A stretch of 64,000 nt of DNA from Candidatus Heimdallarchaeota archaeon (GTDB lineage: Archaea; Asgardarchaeota; Heimdallarchaeia; Heimdallarchaeales; Heimdallarchaeaceae). The stretch covers positions 19,471 through 83,470 of the forward strand of contig JAEOSZ010000055.1 of the NCBI GenBank assembly GCA_016840095.1, given 5' to 3'. Made by a program: the position numbers and the translations under genes. Under the pieces are notes generated by a model, which was given only the letters and a program-made list of their open reading frames with translations, was not told where the DNA came from and made no database searches. Positions 28,083 to 37,431 of the stretch are shown piece by piece (the stretch's first letter is position 1; every line of letters starts with the position of its first letter).

Positions 28083-29033
28083 GTGACAATGGTCAAGAAT
28101 GGTGATAACAATTTCATGTCCATAGATGTTGATACATCAGACAGAAGAATAATGACTGTTTTTTCTGTTAATTGGATTGAGTTAGAAATTTTAAAAATTT
28201 TAGATAAATCATTAGAACCTGTCTATAAGGGAGAAATGATCTCTCTTCTTAGAAATAAGCATGAAAGTATTTCTAACAAACCTGAAAGTTCCTTTTATGC
28301 CATATTTGACAAATTAGAGAAGACTGAGATGATACTGACTAATTCTATTCCTGGGCAAGGATACAAAACATTTCTTGAGATAACAGAACTTGGACAAATT
28401 CAACTTAGAAGAGCATTATTCTGGGGAATTAGTTCAATATTTGAAGGTATGGCAGGACCATTAATGGGAATGCTCAACGAGGTATGTGTGAAAAACATGG
28501 GATGTCTTCGGGAGATGAATTTTGCTGTTGTAAGTCCTAATAATCCTGAATTTCTAGTACCTGAAATGTGCAATCAGTGTGTACAATCAACAGATGAAGA
28601 TACACAAAGCAGATTTAACATACTTCTCCCATTTGCAAAAGATCTTGTTGTACCATACTATCAAAATATTAAATCAAATCCAGATGATATTCCACTAAAG
28701 ATGGATTTGTTAGATAGAGTAATGTCTGTTCTAGCATTAGGATTTCTCAAAGAAAGAGAATCCAAAGAATATTTAAAAGAAGTACACAGAATCCTAAAAC
28801 CAGGTGGGAAAGCTGCATTTTTTGAATTAATAGAATTTGAGAGTTATCTCTGGAATGCTCTTAGAGAACTAACTCATGGATTTCAAATATTCATACCGAA
28901 AACAGGTTCTGGAGAATTACTTCAATTCTTACCAGATCAATTGAAATCCAAAGTGGCTGATGTTTTTGGAGAAGAGAATGTAAAATTGATATTCTTACAT
29001 GAAATAGTTTGTGCAGTGGCAGTCAAAAACTAG
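28083..29033 (+). CDS. PadR-like wHTH fused to class I methyltransferase-like domain
   Basis: ELEILKILD..YKGEMI..SSFYAIFDKLEKTEMI..LEITELG; C-terminal DIPLKMDLLDRVMS..LKEVHRILKPGG. Confidence 0.7.
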   Translation: MTMVKNGDNNFMSIDVDTSDRRIMTVFSVNWIELEILKILDKSLEPVYKGEMISLLRNKHESISNKPESSFYAIFDKLEKTEMILTNSIPGQGYKTFLEITELGQIQLRRALFWGISSIFEGMAGPLMGMLNEVCVKNMGCLREMNFAVVSPNNPEFLVPEMCNQCVQSTDEDTQSRFNILLPFAKDLVVPYYQNIKSNPDDIPLKMDLLDRVMSVLALGFLKERESKEYLKEVHRILKPGGKAAFFELIEFESYLWNALRELTHGFQIFIPKTGSGELLQFLPDQLKSKVADVFGEENVKLIFLHEIVCAVAVKN

Positions 29034-29111
29034 TCTTTCTATTTTTAATACTTTTTGAGAATTAAGGTAAAAAGATATAAATAGCTCAGCCAAATTTAGT
29101 TAGATAACTGT

Positions 29112-29483
29112 GTGATTGTAATGAGTACTGTTCGCGATGAAAGATATGTTGATTTGAAACAATTATGTGATAAGATAGCACCAGAAATGTTTGATACTTT
29201 ATCCTGGATATTAATTATGAATCTTGACTTAATCCCACAAGAAGATATTGAGATAAATCCCAATTTACGTTTTTCTTATTTGTTGATGAATAATAAGTAT
29301 GATGAAGCAACTACATTGGGGAAGGAACTCGCTGCTTCAAATAACCCAATTTCAAAACATTACAAACAGATGTTTGAACAAGATCCTAAGTTAGAAAAGA
29401 CAATAAAAGTAGCTGAAAACTTTTTTGCTTTAGCTAAACGTAGAATAGAAGTTACGGAGAAGTTAGGTATTCGTCAATTCTAA
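29112..29483 (+). CDS. Hypothetical helical protein
   Basis: 123-aa ORF with upstream TATA-like ATATAAAT and downstream T-tract; no recognisable motif. Confidence 0.65.
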   Translation: MIVMSTVRDERYVDLKQLCDKIAPEMFDTLSWILIMNLDLIPQEDIEINPNLRFSYLLMNNKYDEATTLGKELAASNNPISKHYKQMFEQDPKLEKTIKVAENFFALAKRRIEVTEKLGIRQF

Positions 29484-29559
29484 GAAACTGACAATAATTC
29501 TCTTTTTCAATTTTTCTTGAACATTAGCTTTATTAAGATTTAGACCATTTTTAATCAGC

Positions 29560-30789
29560 ATGTCAAAGACCCGTTCCACATTTTCAATCTTTGCTGGATT
29601 TACTCTATCAGTAGTGGGTGGAATGGTTTTTGACTTTGGTGGATTAGTTGCAGGAAGTGCTGCAACACTTTTACAATCTCTTTCTTCAGTTATTCCATGG
29701 ATCTTTCTAATTTATCCTTTACTTCTGACTGTTAGAGGAGATATTAATGGAGTTCTTACAGGAAAACTTGGAACTGCTCTTCATCTGGGAACTATCAAAC
29801 CAACTTTCAAGAATAATACTGAGAGGTTCATTCATTTGATTGTCCTTATGCTGATATTAACATTATATGATTCCATCCTTATTAGTATCGTTACGTCACT
29901 TCTTGGTTTCCTTCTAAAACTTAATTTGACCTTTCTTGATGTACTTAAGATATTCTCGATTACTTTTACAACTTTTGTATTTACAGCTGTTATTTCAATG
30001 GCTATTACTTTCTTTCTAACTTTCTTAATTTTCAGAAATAAAGGCGATCCAGATGTCTTAGCTTATCCAGTTACTTCTTCAATAAATGATATTCTAATTA
30101 CACTTATCTTTGCAGCTGTATGTTGGCTATATCGACCATGGAATTCAACTGTAAAACTGCACTATTTCATTGGAATTCCGATTATTGTTATTGTCATTGC
30201 TTTGTTCATATTCTTATTGGTGAAATATGGAAAGAATAAATATGTTAAATCAGGAATTTTTCAGACACTACCGGTACTTACAGTAACAAATTTAATTGCA
30301 GCTGGAACAGGATCTGTTCTAGCTTTATTTTCTACTATTCTTTCGTCAGTACCAATACTAATAGTGTTCTATCCTGCTATAATAAGTACTGTTGGAAGTC
30401 AGAGTTCAATTTTAGCTAATACTAGCACAACTAAACTACATCTTGGTACTATGAAACCATCATTAAGTTCACTAAAAACGCAAGAATTCTCTATTAGTTT
30501 ATCTGGAATTTTAACTGCTTCTCTAATCATCGTAACTATTATGAGTTTACTTGGAATAGCTATGTTTCCTGAAGGAATTACTTTCAGCCTTTATGGCTCA
30601 ATATTAGGTTTATTGATTTTTGCTAATTTCTTCTCTTTTTTCATAGTTGGTTTAATTGCTATTTCTGCAACTTTCATTACTTTTAGATTAGGAATGGATC
30701 CTGATAATCTAGTTAATCCTTTGCTAAGTTCAAGTGCTGATTTGATAACTACTAGTATTTTAGTTCTATTCTTCTTTCTACTTTTCTAA
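29560..30789 (+). CDS. MgtE-type magnesium transporter with two membrane repeats (SLC41-like)
   Basis: P-x6-G in both halves (YPLLLTVRGD; YPAIISTVGS), LHLGT twice, DPDVLAYPVTSSIND and DPDNLVNPLLSSSAD. Confidence 0.88.
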   Translation: MSKTRSTFSIFAGFTLSVVGGMVFDFGGLVAGSAATLLQSLSSVIPWIFLIYPLLLTVRGDINGVLTGKLGTALHLGTIKPTFKNNTERFIHLIVLMLILTLYDSILISIVTSLLGFLLKLNLTFLDVLKIFSITFTTFVFTAVISMAITFFLTFLIFRNKGDPDVLAYPVTSSINDILITLIFAAVCWLYRPWNSTVKLHYFIGIPIIVIVIALFIFLLVKYGKNKYVKSGIFQTLPVLTVTNLIAAGTGSVLALFSTILSSVPILIVFYPAIISTVGSQSSILANTSTTKLHLGTMKPSLSSLKTQEFSISLSGILTASLIIVTIMSLLGIAMFPEGITFSLYGSILGLLIFANFFSFFIVGLIAISATFITFRLGMDPDNLVNPLLSSSADLITTSILVLFFFLLF

Positions 30790-30803
30790 AAATAGGGGCG
30801 AAT

Positions 30804-31124
30804 TCACTCTTCAATTTCTTTGTTAATCCATTTACCATATTCATTGAGAAAGTCATCATTCTTAATTGAAGTAATCTGTGGCAGCTCATAGGAATGAATT
30901 TCCGCTAATCTATCTTTGATTTTCTCAAATTTGTCTTTTGTTGCTTTTATGATAACTAAAAATTCATTTGCTTCTTCTACTTGTCCTTTCCAAGTATAGA
31001 CACTTTGTATTGGATAAAATTGAATACAAACAGAAAGTTTCTCTGTAATCATAGTTTTAGCTATTGATTTTGCTTCTTCTTCATTTAAAACAGTGGTTTG
31101 AATCTGTATCAAACTGTCTTTCAT
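30804..31124 (-). CDS. cutA: Divalent-cation tolerance protein CutA
   Basis: IQSVYTWKGQVEEANE, HSYELPQI. ATG 31124 preferred over 31142. Confidence 0.93.
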   Translation of the reverse strand: MKDSLIQIQTTVLNEEEAKSIAKTMITEKLSVCIQFYPIQSVYTWKGQVEEANEFLVIIKATKDKFEKIKDRLAEIHSYELPQITSIKNDDFLNEYGKWINKEIEE

Positions 31125-31180
31125 GCAGATACGATTCTTCAAACACTTTTTAATGATTCTCCTCTAAAAAATTAGAGCTT

Positions 31181-31984
31181 TTACTTCGTTTTTGAAATAA
31201 ATTGGCTTTTGCTCTCTTTATTCACTAGAATAGAGCCTTCTACTAATTCGGAAATAAGACTAACTTCTTCATTAGAGAGTTTTAGACTTGTCATATTATT
31301 AAGTAGGAAAAATATTTTGCTAACTTGTTCTGGAAAGTGGTCAAAGAAATAAACTACTGTAGTATAATCAAGAAAATTGCTCAATATGCTAAGTGTTTGT
31401 TGTACTTCTTTTTGAATAACATCTATTTGTGGTTTTAAGATAGTGTAAAATTCGTGAATAAGAAAACTAATGAAATTGTAATAGTCCTTACCATAAGGAA
31501 ATCTTTTTTCTATCATTGATTTACAGAAGTAAAGATAAGAATTAATATAAAACTCGATCTTCAGTAAGATTGTAATCCTATTATCATATCTTGGAGAGTG
31601 TTGAGGAAGGTTTGCAGAAAAACTATTTATGAATTTCAAGACTTCTTCCAAATCTGCTTGAGAATAGAGAGACACATTATCTTGTGTGAAATTTGGAAAG
31701 AGGAATTGAGGTATTCTAGCCAGCGTAAAAAGGATATTTCTTTCATCAGTTCTACTATTATCTGTCATATATTTTGCAGTAATTGTTAATGTTAAGAGTC
31801 TCTCTATTGGATCTGGAAGTTTCTTTTTTATGTTTTTCTGGTTTCTAGATGTTGGGGAATCTATGATAATTGAGTCATATTTTCCTTCTTCGATTTCATC
31901 TTCTGTTTCTTTACTTAGAAGATTAAGGAACTCGTGCATTGGAGCATATGTTTGTACTCTGTCGTTTGGATTAAATCTTTTCAT
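31181..31984 (-). CDS. Hypothetical helical protein
   Basis: Long ORF directly downstream of the TPR gene; ATG 31984 preceded by GTGAGGAG. Confidence 0.7.
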   Translation of the reverse strand: MKRFNPNDRVQTYAPMHEFLNLLSKETEDEIEEGKYDSIIIDSPTSRNQKNIKKKLPDPIERLLTLTITAKYMTDNSRTDERNILFTLARIPQFLFPNFTQDNVSLYSQADLEEVLKFINSFSANLPQHSPRYDNRITILLKIEFYINSYLYFCKSMIEKRFPYGKDYYNFISFLIHEFYTILKPQIDVIQKEVQQTLSILSNFLDYTTVVYFFDHFPEQVSKIFFLLNNMTSLKLSNEEVSLISELVEGSILVNKESKSQFISKTK

Positions 31985-31993
31985 ACTCCTCAC

Positions 31994-33307
31994 TTATCTA
32001 AATTGTTTTACTAATTCAAGAAACTGACCAATCATCTCAGAGTAATGAAGTTCTCCCTTATCTAGCATCCATTGATAGATATCACTGATCTCATTTATTG
32101 AGCTCTTCAAATCAGTACCAACACCAATTGATGATATCTTGTAAGATAGTTGAAAAAAAGAAGCCATTTTTGCTCTAACTTCATCATCGTATTTTTCAAA
32201 GATATCTTTGATTCTTTCAATTTCTATTGGAATATCTAACTTATCAAGTTTTGAAGAATCTTTTCCTCTTGGTCCACCAAGATACCCAGTTAAACCTAAT
32301 AATCTTGCTGAGTGGAACTGTAGTAGAGCAGGTAAGTAAATAAATATCGTGACTGCTTCTTCATATTCTAATTTTTGATTTACAAAGTATTGTTTTGCTT
32401 GTTCAAAAGATTCGTAAGATTCAGTTGGTTTACCTGTGGATTGATAAAGACCAGCCATTAATCTTCTGATTTTTGCTGTTAATTCTAGGTGTTCAATACT
32501 TTCAGCTGTTAATATTAGTCTTTCTCCTTTTTCAACAGCTTCTTCTGGAGTGATTCTCTCTGATCGAAGTTCTAACTCCACACGTTGAGTGTTAAAGATT
32601 AACGGATGGAAATCATCGGGTTGATACCTTTCTAGATATTCATCCATCAAATCAATAGTTTCTTCTGGTTCAGAAACAAATTGAGAAAGGATAATTTTCT
32701 TCTCAAATGCTGATCTTTCAAAAGGAGAATCTTTGAAGTATTTGAAAGCTTCATCTACACTAGAATAAGCTTTAAGGACATCTCCTTCTTCTGCATCTAT
32801 TTGAGCTTCTAAAACTTGGAGTTCATAGAAATAAGGTTCATTTCCTTTATCCTTTGCTTTCTTCATTAAGAAATGAACAATCTCTCTTGCATCTTCTAAT
32901 TGGTGATAAACGATTTTGAGTTGAGCTTTAGTTTGCCAGTATCTAAAAAAGATCATAGGAGTCTCTTCTGAAATTTGGTCTTCTTCTAGTTCTTCTAACC
33001 ATTTCTTACCTTGATCATAGTCTCCATAAGCAAACAAAGTTGCCGTTAATTCTAAAATAACTAGATAGTACTCCTCAACTAGAATTCTCTCTTTTGTTTG
33101 TTCTGCTAATTCTTCCAGAATATCAATGGATTCTGCTTTTGATCCCAAAAGAGCACAACATCTAGCAATCTTGATTTCTATATCTCTCAGTTCGTCTTCC
33201 TTCCCTGATAGAAATAATACTTCTCGAGCCTTGAGGTACCATCGATAGGCTTCGAGAAACTTAAATTGTGTAAAAAACTCATCGCCTTTCTCTCTCTCAG
33301 TGCTCAT
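31994..33307 (-). CDS. TPR/alpha-solenoid protein
   Basis: All-helical repeats, e.g. GDYDQGKKWLE, GDVLKAYSSVDEAFKYF, GKPTESYESFEQAKQYF. Confidence 0.75.
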   Translation of the reverse strand: MSTEREKGDEFFTQFKFLEAYRWYLKAREVLFLSGKEDELRDIEIKIARCCALLGSKAESIDILEELAEQTKERILVEEYYLVILELTATLFAYGDYDQGKKWLEELEEDQISEETPMIFFRYWQTKAQLKIVYHQLEDAREIVHFLMKKAKDKGNEPYFYELQVLEAQIDAEEGDVLKAYSSVDEAFKYFKDSPFERSAFEKKIILSQFVSEPEETIDLMDEYLERYQPDDFHPLIFNTQRVELELRSERITPEEAVEKGERLILTAESIEHLELTAKIRRLMAGLYQSTGKPTESYESFEQAKQYFVNQKLEYEEAVTIFIYLPALLQFHSARLLGLTGYLGGPRGKDSSKLDKLDIPIEIERIKDIFEKYDDEVRAKMASFFQLSYKISSIGVGTDLKSSINEISDIYQWMLDKGELHYSEMIGQFLELVKQFR

Positions 33308-33395
33308 TAAACAAACCCAAGTTATTAATATAGAAAATAATATTTAAACATTTAAAAACATGCTTTTATCTCTATTTTTGTGGTTCTTCGAATAA

Positions 33396-33403
33396 AATAT
33401 ATA
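33396..33403 (+). promoter_or_regulatory. TATA box, probably leaderless transcript
   Basis: AATATATA ends 24 nt before ATG 33428. Confidence 0.5.
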
Positions 33404-33427
33404 GTGTGAGTATTATTCATACTAACG

Positions 33428-34246
33428 ATGAGTGAATATTCTGAATATATGAAACAAGCTAGAAAGGAAGTTGAGCTCTGCTTAGAAACCTGGAAAGAGA
33501 TTTTTGAAGAACATTATTCAGAAACAATAGAATATGCCTATAGTAAAGGTTCTGCTACAAAGAAATGGGAAAGCTTTATTGATTATGTTCCAATTTTAAG
33601 CGATGTTGATATTCACATAAAGGTTAAAGATCACTCGAATTTTTTTGATGATGAAACTTCATTTTTTGAATCAGTAAACATCTCTGAAATGTACGAAACA
33701 AGGTTTACAGAAAAAAATCCTCAATATTTTCACATTCCTCGAACTCAAGTTATTAAACTGAATAAGATAATCAAGGAAATTAACTTCGTTCATCCAAGAG
33801 AAACTGAGATAATTTCTATAATTGGGAAACCAATTTTAGAGACTAATCCTTCCAATGAAATTATAAAAAAACATGACCTAGAAAATTTGTTGGAATTAGG
33901 AGAATATCTACCTAAATTATCCATGTCTATGATGGATAGAACAGGATTAGATCTCTGGTCAATGTTAAGAAGAATGACTTGGAGAGTATCTCCTTCACCT
34001 ATAAGATTGCTAAGTCAGAAAAATGAAGAACCTCTGGATTTATGGGGATTGAACAGAACAGAAATTGCAGAAGAACTAGAAGATAATGATTATTATCTCA
34101 TTGCTGAAAGCTACAAAGATTACTATTATGAAGGTTGGATTGCATTCATGGAAGATTTTACAAATTCGCAAACACTTAGAAGATTAATTTCTGCAGGTTT
34201 TGAAGTGATGAAATTGTGTTTAGAGGAAGCCAGAAGATTAGTTTGA
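33428..34246 (+). CDS. Pol-beta-superfamily nucleotidyltransferase-like protein
   Basis: hGS motif (YSKGSA) followed by SDVDIHI (DxD); helical C-terminal half. Confidence 0.55.
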   Translation: MSEYSEYMKQARKEVELCLETWKEIFEEHYSETIEYAYSKGSATKKWESFIDYVPILSDVDIHIKVKDHSNFFDDETSFFESVNISEMYETRFTEKNPQYFHIPRTQVIKLNKIIKEINFVHPRETEIISIIGKPILETNPSNEIIKKHDLENLLELGEYLPKLSMSMMDRTGLDLWSMLRRMTWRVSPSPIRLLSQKNEEPLDLWGLNRTEIAEELEDNDYYLIAESYKDYYYEGWIAFMEDFTNSQTLRRLISAGFEVMKLCLEEARRLV

Positions 34247-34247
34247 A

Positions 34248-34799
34248 TTACTTCTCTTCTTTCTTCAGAGGTTCTATTTGTAGAAACTCGATAATGTCTA
34301 GTATCTCTCTAAATTCTTCAGTTTCAAAAACATCACCATGTTTCTTCTTATTATATCCAAAGATCATTTGAGCTTCATCCAACTCTTCAAAATAGAATCT
34401 TAGATGCTTATACTTCTCTTCAGCATCTGTGATTAGAATTCCTTTAACCTTTTTTCTCTTAAAACCCTTCTGGATTTTGAACTCGTTATTATTTTCTGCT
34501 AAGATGTTTTTTAACCAATGAGCTTTTTTTCCTCGTGCAATATAGAAGGTCAATTTATCCGTATAAAACCAAAGTGCTAACACTGGTGTAGTTCTCCTTT
34601 TTCCAGTTTTTCTTCCAACTGTGTGTACTAGAACAATTTTTCTACCCAAACCAAATAGTGGTAATAAATAAATTCTATAAAGAAAAATAAGAACTCCATT
34701 CATGATTTTGTTGAATATATGAAAAGATTTGGTCCTGTTTTTATGCCTTGCAACAATGGAACTTTGACCTAATTTAAATTTCTCCGACAACATTCTCAA
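34248..34799 (-). CDS. Deazaflavin (F420)-dependent nitroreductase (Ddn) family protein
   Basis: VLVHTVGRKTGKRRTTPV and AHWLKNI motifs. Confidence 0.8.
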   Translation of the reverse strand: MRMLSEKFKLGQSSIVARHKNRTKSFHIFNKIMNGVLIFLYRIYLLPLFGLGRKIVLVHTVGRKTGKRRTTPVLALWFYTDKLTFYIARGKKAHWLKNILAENNNEFKIQKGFKRKKVKGILITDAEEKYKHLRFYFEELDEAQMIFGYNKKKHGDVFETEEFREILDIIEFLQIEPLKKEEK

Positions 34800-34800
34800 C

Positions 34801-35454
34801 TCATTTAATTATTCTCTTTATGATGTCTTGTGAATTTTTCACGAATATGTCTTCAAACATGCTTCTAGGTATTCCAGAACCTAAAGCAGTTTTTTCTCTC
34901 AAGTTCTCACTTATGTAATCTCTTGGTTGGTGAGAGTCTGTATTAAGAATTAATTTAGCTCCTGTTTTCATTGCTAAATCAGCTACAAGTCCATTTCCAA
35001 GTGAGTGCCCTCCTCTTGTTGTTATCTCAAGGAATACTTCATTGTCTTTTGCTAATTGAGCATCCTTGAAAGTTATAATTCCTGGATGAGCTAATATATC
35101 CACATCTGGACACTTTAAAGCTGTTTTATTGGTCCCCTCAATAACTGGTTCAACTACAGTTTCACCATGAACAACAACTAGAAAATTTCTTTGCTTTGCT
35201 TTTCTTGCCAATTCTGGAATCTGCTTTGGAAGAACATGAGTTATCTCTACCCCAGGAAGGAAAGTGATGTATTCCTCAAAATCATATCTGATTTTGTCTA
35301 GGCTATTTAGAACATGATCAATATTAGAAGAATCAACATGATCTGTTATGGCAACTGCATCTAAACCTCTCACAATTACTCTTCTAAGGTGTTCAGCGGG
35401 AGTCAGAACTCCATCAGAAAGAAGAGTATGAGTGTGAAAATCAGTTAATTTCAT
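34801..35454 (-). CDS. PHP-domain phosphoesterase (histidinol-phosphatase-like)
   Basis: DFHTHTLLSDG, AITDH, GVEITH, VHGET, LAHPG, NTDSH. Confidence 0.9.
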   Translation of the reverse strand: MKLTDFHTHTLLSDGVLTPAEHLRRVIVRGLDAVAITDHVDSSNIDHVLNSLDKIRYDFEEYITFLPGVEITHVLPKQIPELARKAKQRNFLVVVHGETVVEPVIEGTNKTALKCPDVDILAHPGIITFKDAQLAKDNEVFLEITTRGGHSLGNGLVADLAMKTGAKLILNTDSHQPRDYISENLREKTALGSGIPRSMFEDIFVKNSQDIIKRIIK

Positions 35455-35509
35455 AGCTGATTAATTTCATGTTAATATTTGAAATTTGTGTTGAAAAAAG
35501 AAAAAAAAA

Positions 35510-37294
35510 TTAAGAGAGTAACTCTTCAAGCTCATTAACTTTGGTACTCAAATAGTTAATACCCTTATTCCAGAAATTTGGATCATCTAAATCTATACCA
35601 ACTTCTCCAAGCATCTCTGCTGGAGTCTTAGAAGTACCTACTGAAAGGATTTTTGTAAGCTTTGGAACAAACTCCTGTCCTTCTTCTAAGTACATCTGGT
35701 AGAGAGCTATAACAAGTAAATTTGACAAATTATATGCATAAACGTAGAAAGGCACATGGATGAAATGACTCACAACGCTCCAATAACTGGCATAATCTTC
35801 CTTGATATCGGTCATTGAATTCCCAAACATCTTTTGCATTTCTTCAACGAAAGTTTCCTTATAATCATTTGCAGTAGGTAGTTTCTCCTTCATCAGTTCA
35901 TGAATTCTGGATTCAAAATGATAGAAAGCATTTTGTCTATGAGAGGTCGAAAAATTACCTTCAATATGATTTGCTAATAGTGAAATTCTGTCTTCTTTAG
36001 AAAGATCTTGTTTCATCAAATAATCAAAAGTAATCATTTCATTAAAAACTGAAGCAATCTCTGCTACAGCTAAAGATGAGTCAATGTTTGTGAATGTTTG
36101 ATTTTGTTGTATGTAATAGTGGTGTATGGCATGACCTAGTTCATGAGCTAAAGTTAGTACAGATTCAATGTCATTGGTATAATTGACAAATACAAAAGGA
36201 TACATCTTTTGCTTTCCATAACTGCAGAAGGCTCCACCTTGCTTACCTTTTCTAGGTGTAACATCAATATGTTTTCTTTTATACATTTCATCTACGATAT
36301 CAGCAAACTCAGGATTAAACTTACCATTGGCTATTTTGACTAATTCAATACCTTCTTTGTAAGTATATTTCTTTTCTACTTCACCGAATGGAGCATAAAG
36401 ATCAGACATTCTTAATTTTTCTAAACCTAATATCTTCTTCTTCAGATTGTAGTATTTCTCAACAATATAGTTGCTTTCTGAAGTAACCTTTCCTAGTGTT
36501 TCTACTGATTTGTCACTTACTTCATTTTCAACATTTCTCAAAGAAATAGGTTTGTTATAATTTCTTCTTTTATTTTCAAGTCCCCAATCTTTCATAACAT
36601 TATTGTAAATATGAGTAAAGACTAATTCATTGTTCTCAAATTCAGAAACTAGGGTTTTGAGTGCTCTGTATCTAACTTCTGGGTCTTTGTTATACATGAA
36701 AGCAAATAGCTCAGAACCAGTATATTGTTTAACTTCTCCTTCAAATTCGAAGTCATAGATGAAACCACTCTCTATCTCATTGTATAATTTGATAAAACCA
36801 CTTTTTCCAGAGATGTTCTTCATCAAGATGATTTGTTCTTCTTTCTCTGATAACTGATGAGGTTTTTGTTTTCTATTGTATTCCAAATCATGTTTATAGT
36901 TAACTAATTCAGGAGATGCTAACAAATCAATGAATTTTTCATCAGTAATTTCGTTGAGTTCTAGATAGAAAAATAGCGTTTCTTCATTTATTTTTGAACC
37001 AAATTCCTGCACTTGAGAGTACAGATTCTTTACCTCATCTTTAAGAGATTTAGTTGAATATTGTAAAGAAGAAAACAGGTAAATATAGAATTTCTTTTCA
37101 TGAATCTCTTCAAACAGCTTATACCATTCTGCTAACTGTTGAGGTTTGAGATTAGGATTAGTTAAATTTCCTTTAACAGTTTTACTGAAATTTTCTGCAA
37201 GTTTTTCAATTTCTTTTTTATCTGCATCGATTTTAGAATCATTAATATCTGAGTACAAATCAGATAAATCCCAAGCCAGTATTTCTTCTGTCAT
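35510..37294 (-). CDS. pepF: Oligoendopeptidase F (peptidase M3B)
   Basis: WDLSDLY, RKGKQGGAFC, TLAHELGHAIH, AEIASVFNE, HF..PFYVYAY. Confidence 0.93.
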   Translation of the reverse strand: MTEEILAWDLSDLYSDINDSKIDADKKEIEKLAENFSKTVKGNLTNPNLKPQQLAEWYKLFEEIHEKKFYIYLFSSLQYSTKSLKDEVKNLYSQVQEFGSKINEETLFFYLELNEITDEKFIDLLASPELVNYKHDLEYNRKQKPHQLSEKEEQIILMKNISGKSGFIKLYNEIESGFIYDFEFEGEVKQYTGSELFAFMYNKDPEVRYRALKTLVSEFENNELVFTHIYNNVMKDWGLENKRRNYNKPISLRNVENEVSDKSVETLGKVTSESNYIVEKYYNLKKKILGLEKLRMSDLYAPFGEVEKKYTYKEGIELVKIANGKFNPEFADIVDEMYKRKHIDVTPRKGKQGGAFCSYGKQKMYPFVFVNYTNDIESVLTLAHELGHAIHHYYIQQNQTFTNIDSSLAVAEIASVFNEMITFDYLMKQDLSKEDRISLLANHIEGNFSTSHRQNAFYHFESRIHELMKEKLPTANDYKETFVEEMQKMFGNSMTDIKEDYASYWSVVSHFIHVPFYVYAYNLSNLLVIALYQMYLEEGQEFVPKLTKILSVGTSKTPAEMLGEVGIDLDDPNFWNKGINYLSTKVNELEELLS

Positions 37295-37431
37295 AAATTG
37301 CTTGAAATTTTAGTGTTTAAGAATTTTTGTAATTTGAAGAAATAATAACAACTCCTAGTTTTCAAAGAATAGAGCAATTTAATATAATTTGAATGAACAA
37401 AAATAGAAAAAAAAGAGATTTGACAGATGCA

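Noticed and set aside
31984-31996. Second in-frame stop/start junction (TAA GTG) between the TPR gene and the downstream hypothetical gene
   Set aside because: GTGAGGAG reads as an SD for ATG 31984; this is ordinary coupling with no evidence of a fused homologue. It also shows that in-frame abutment can occur by chance in this genome.
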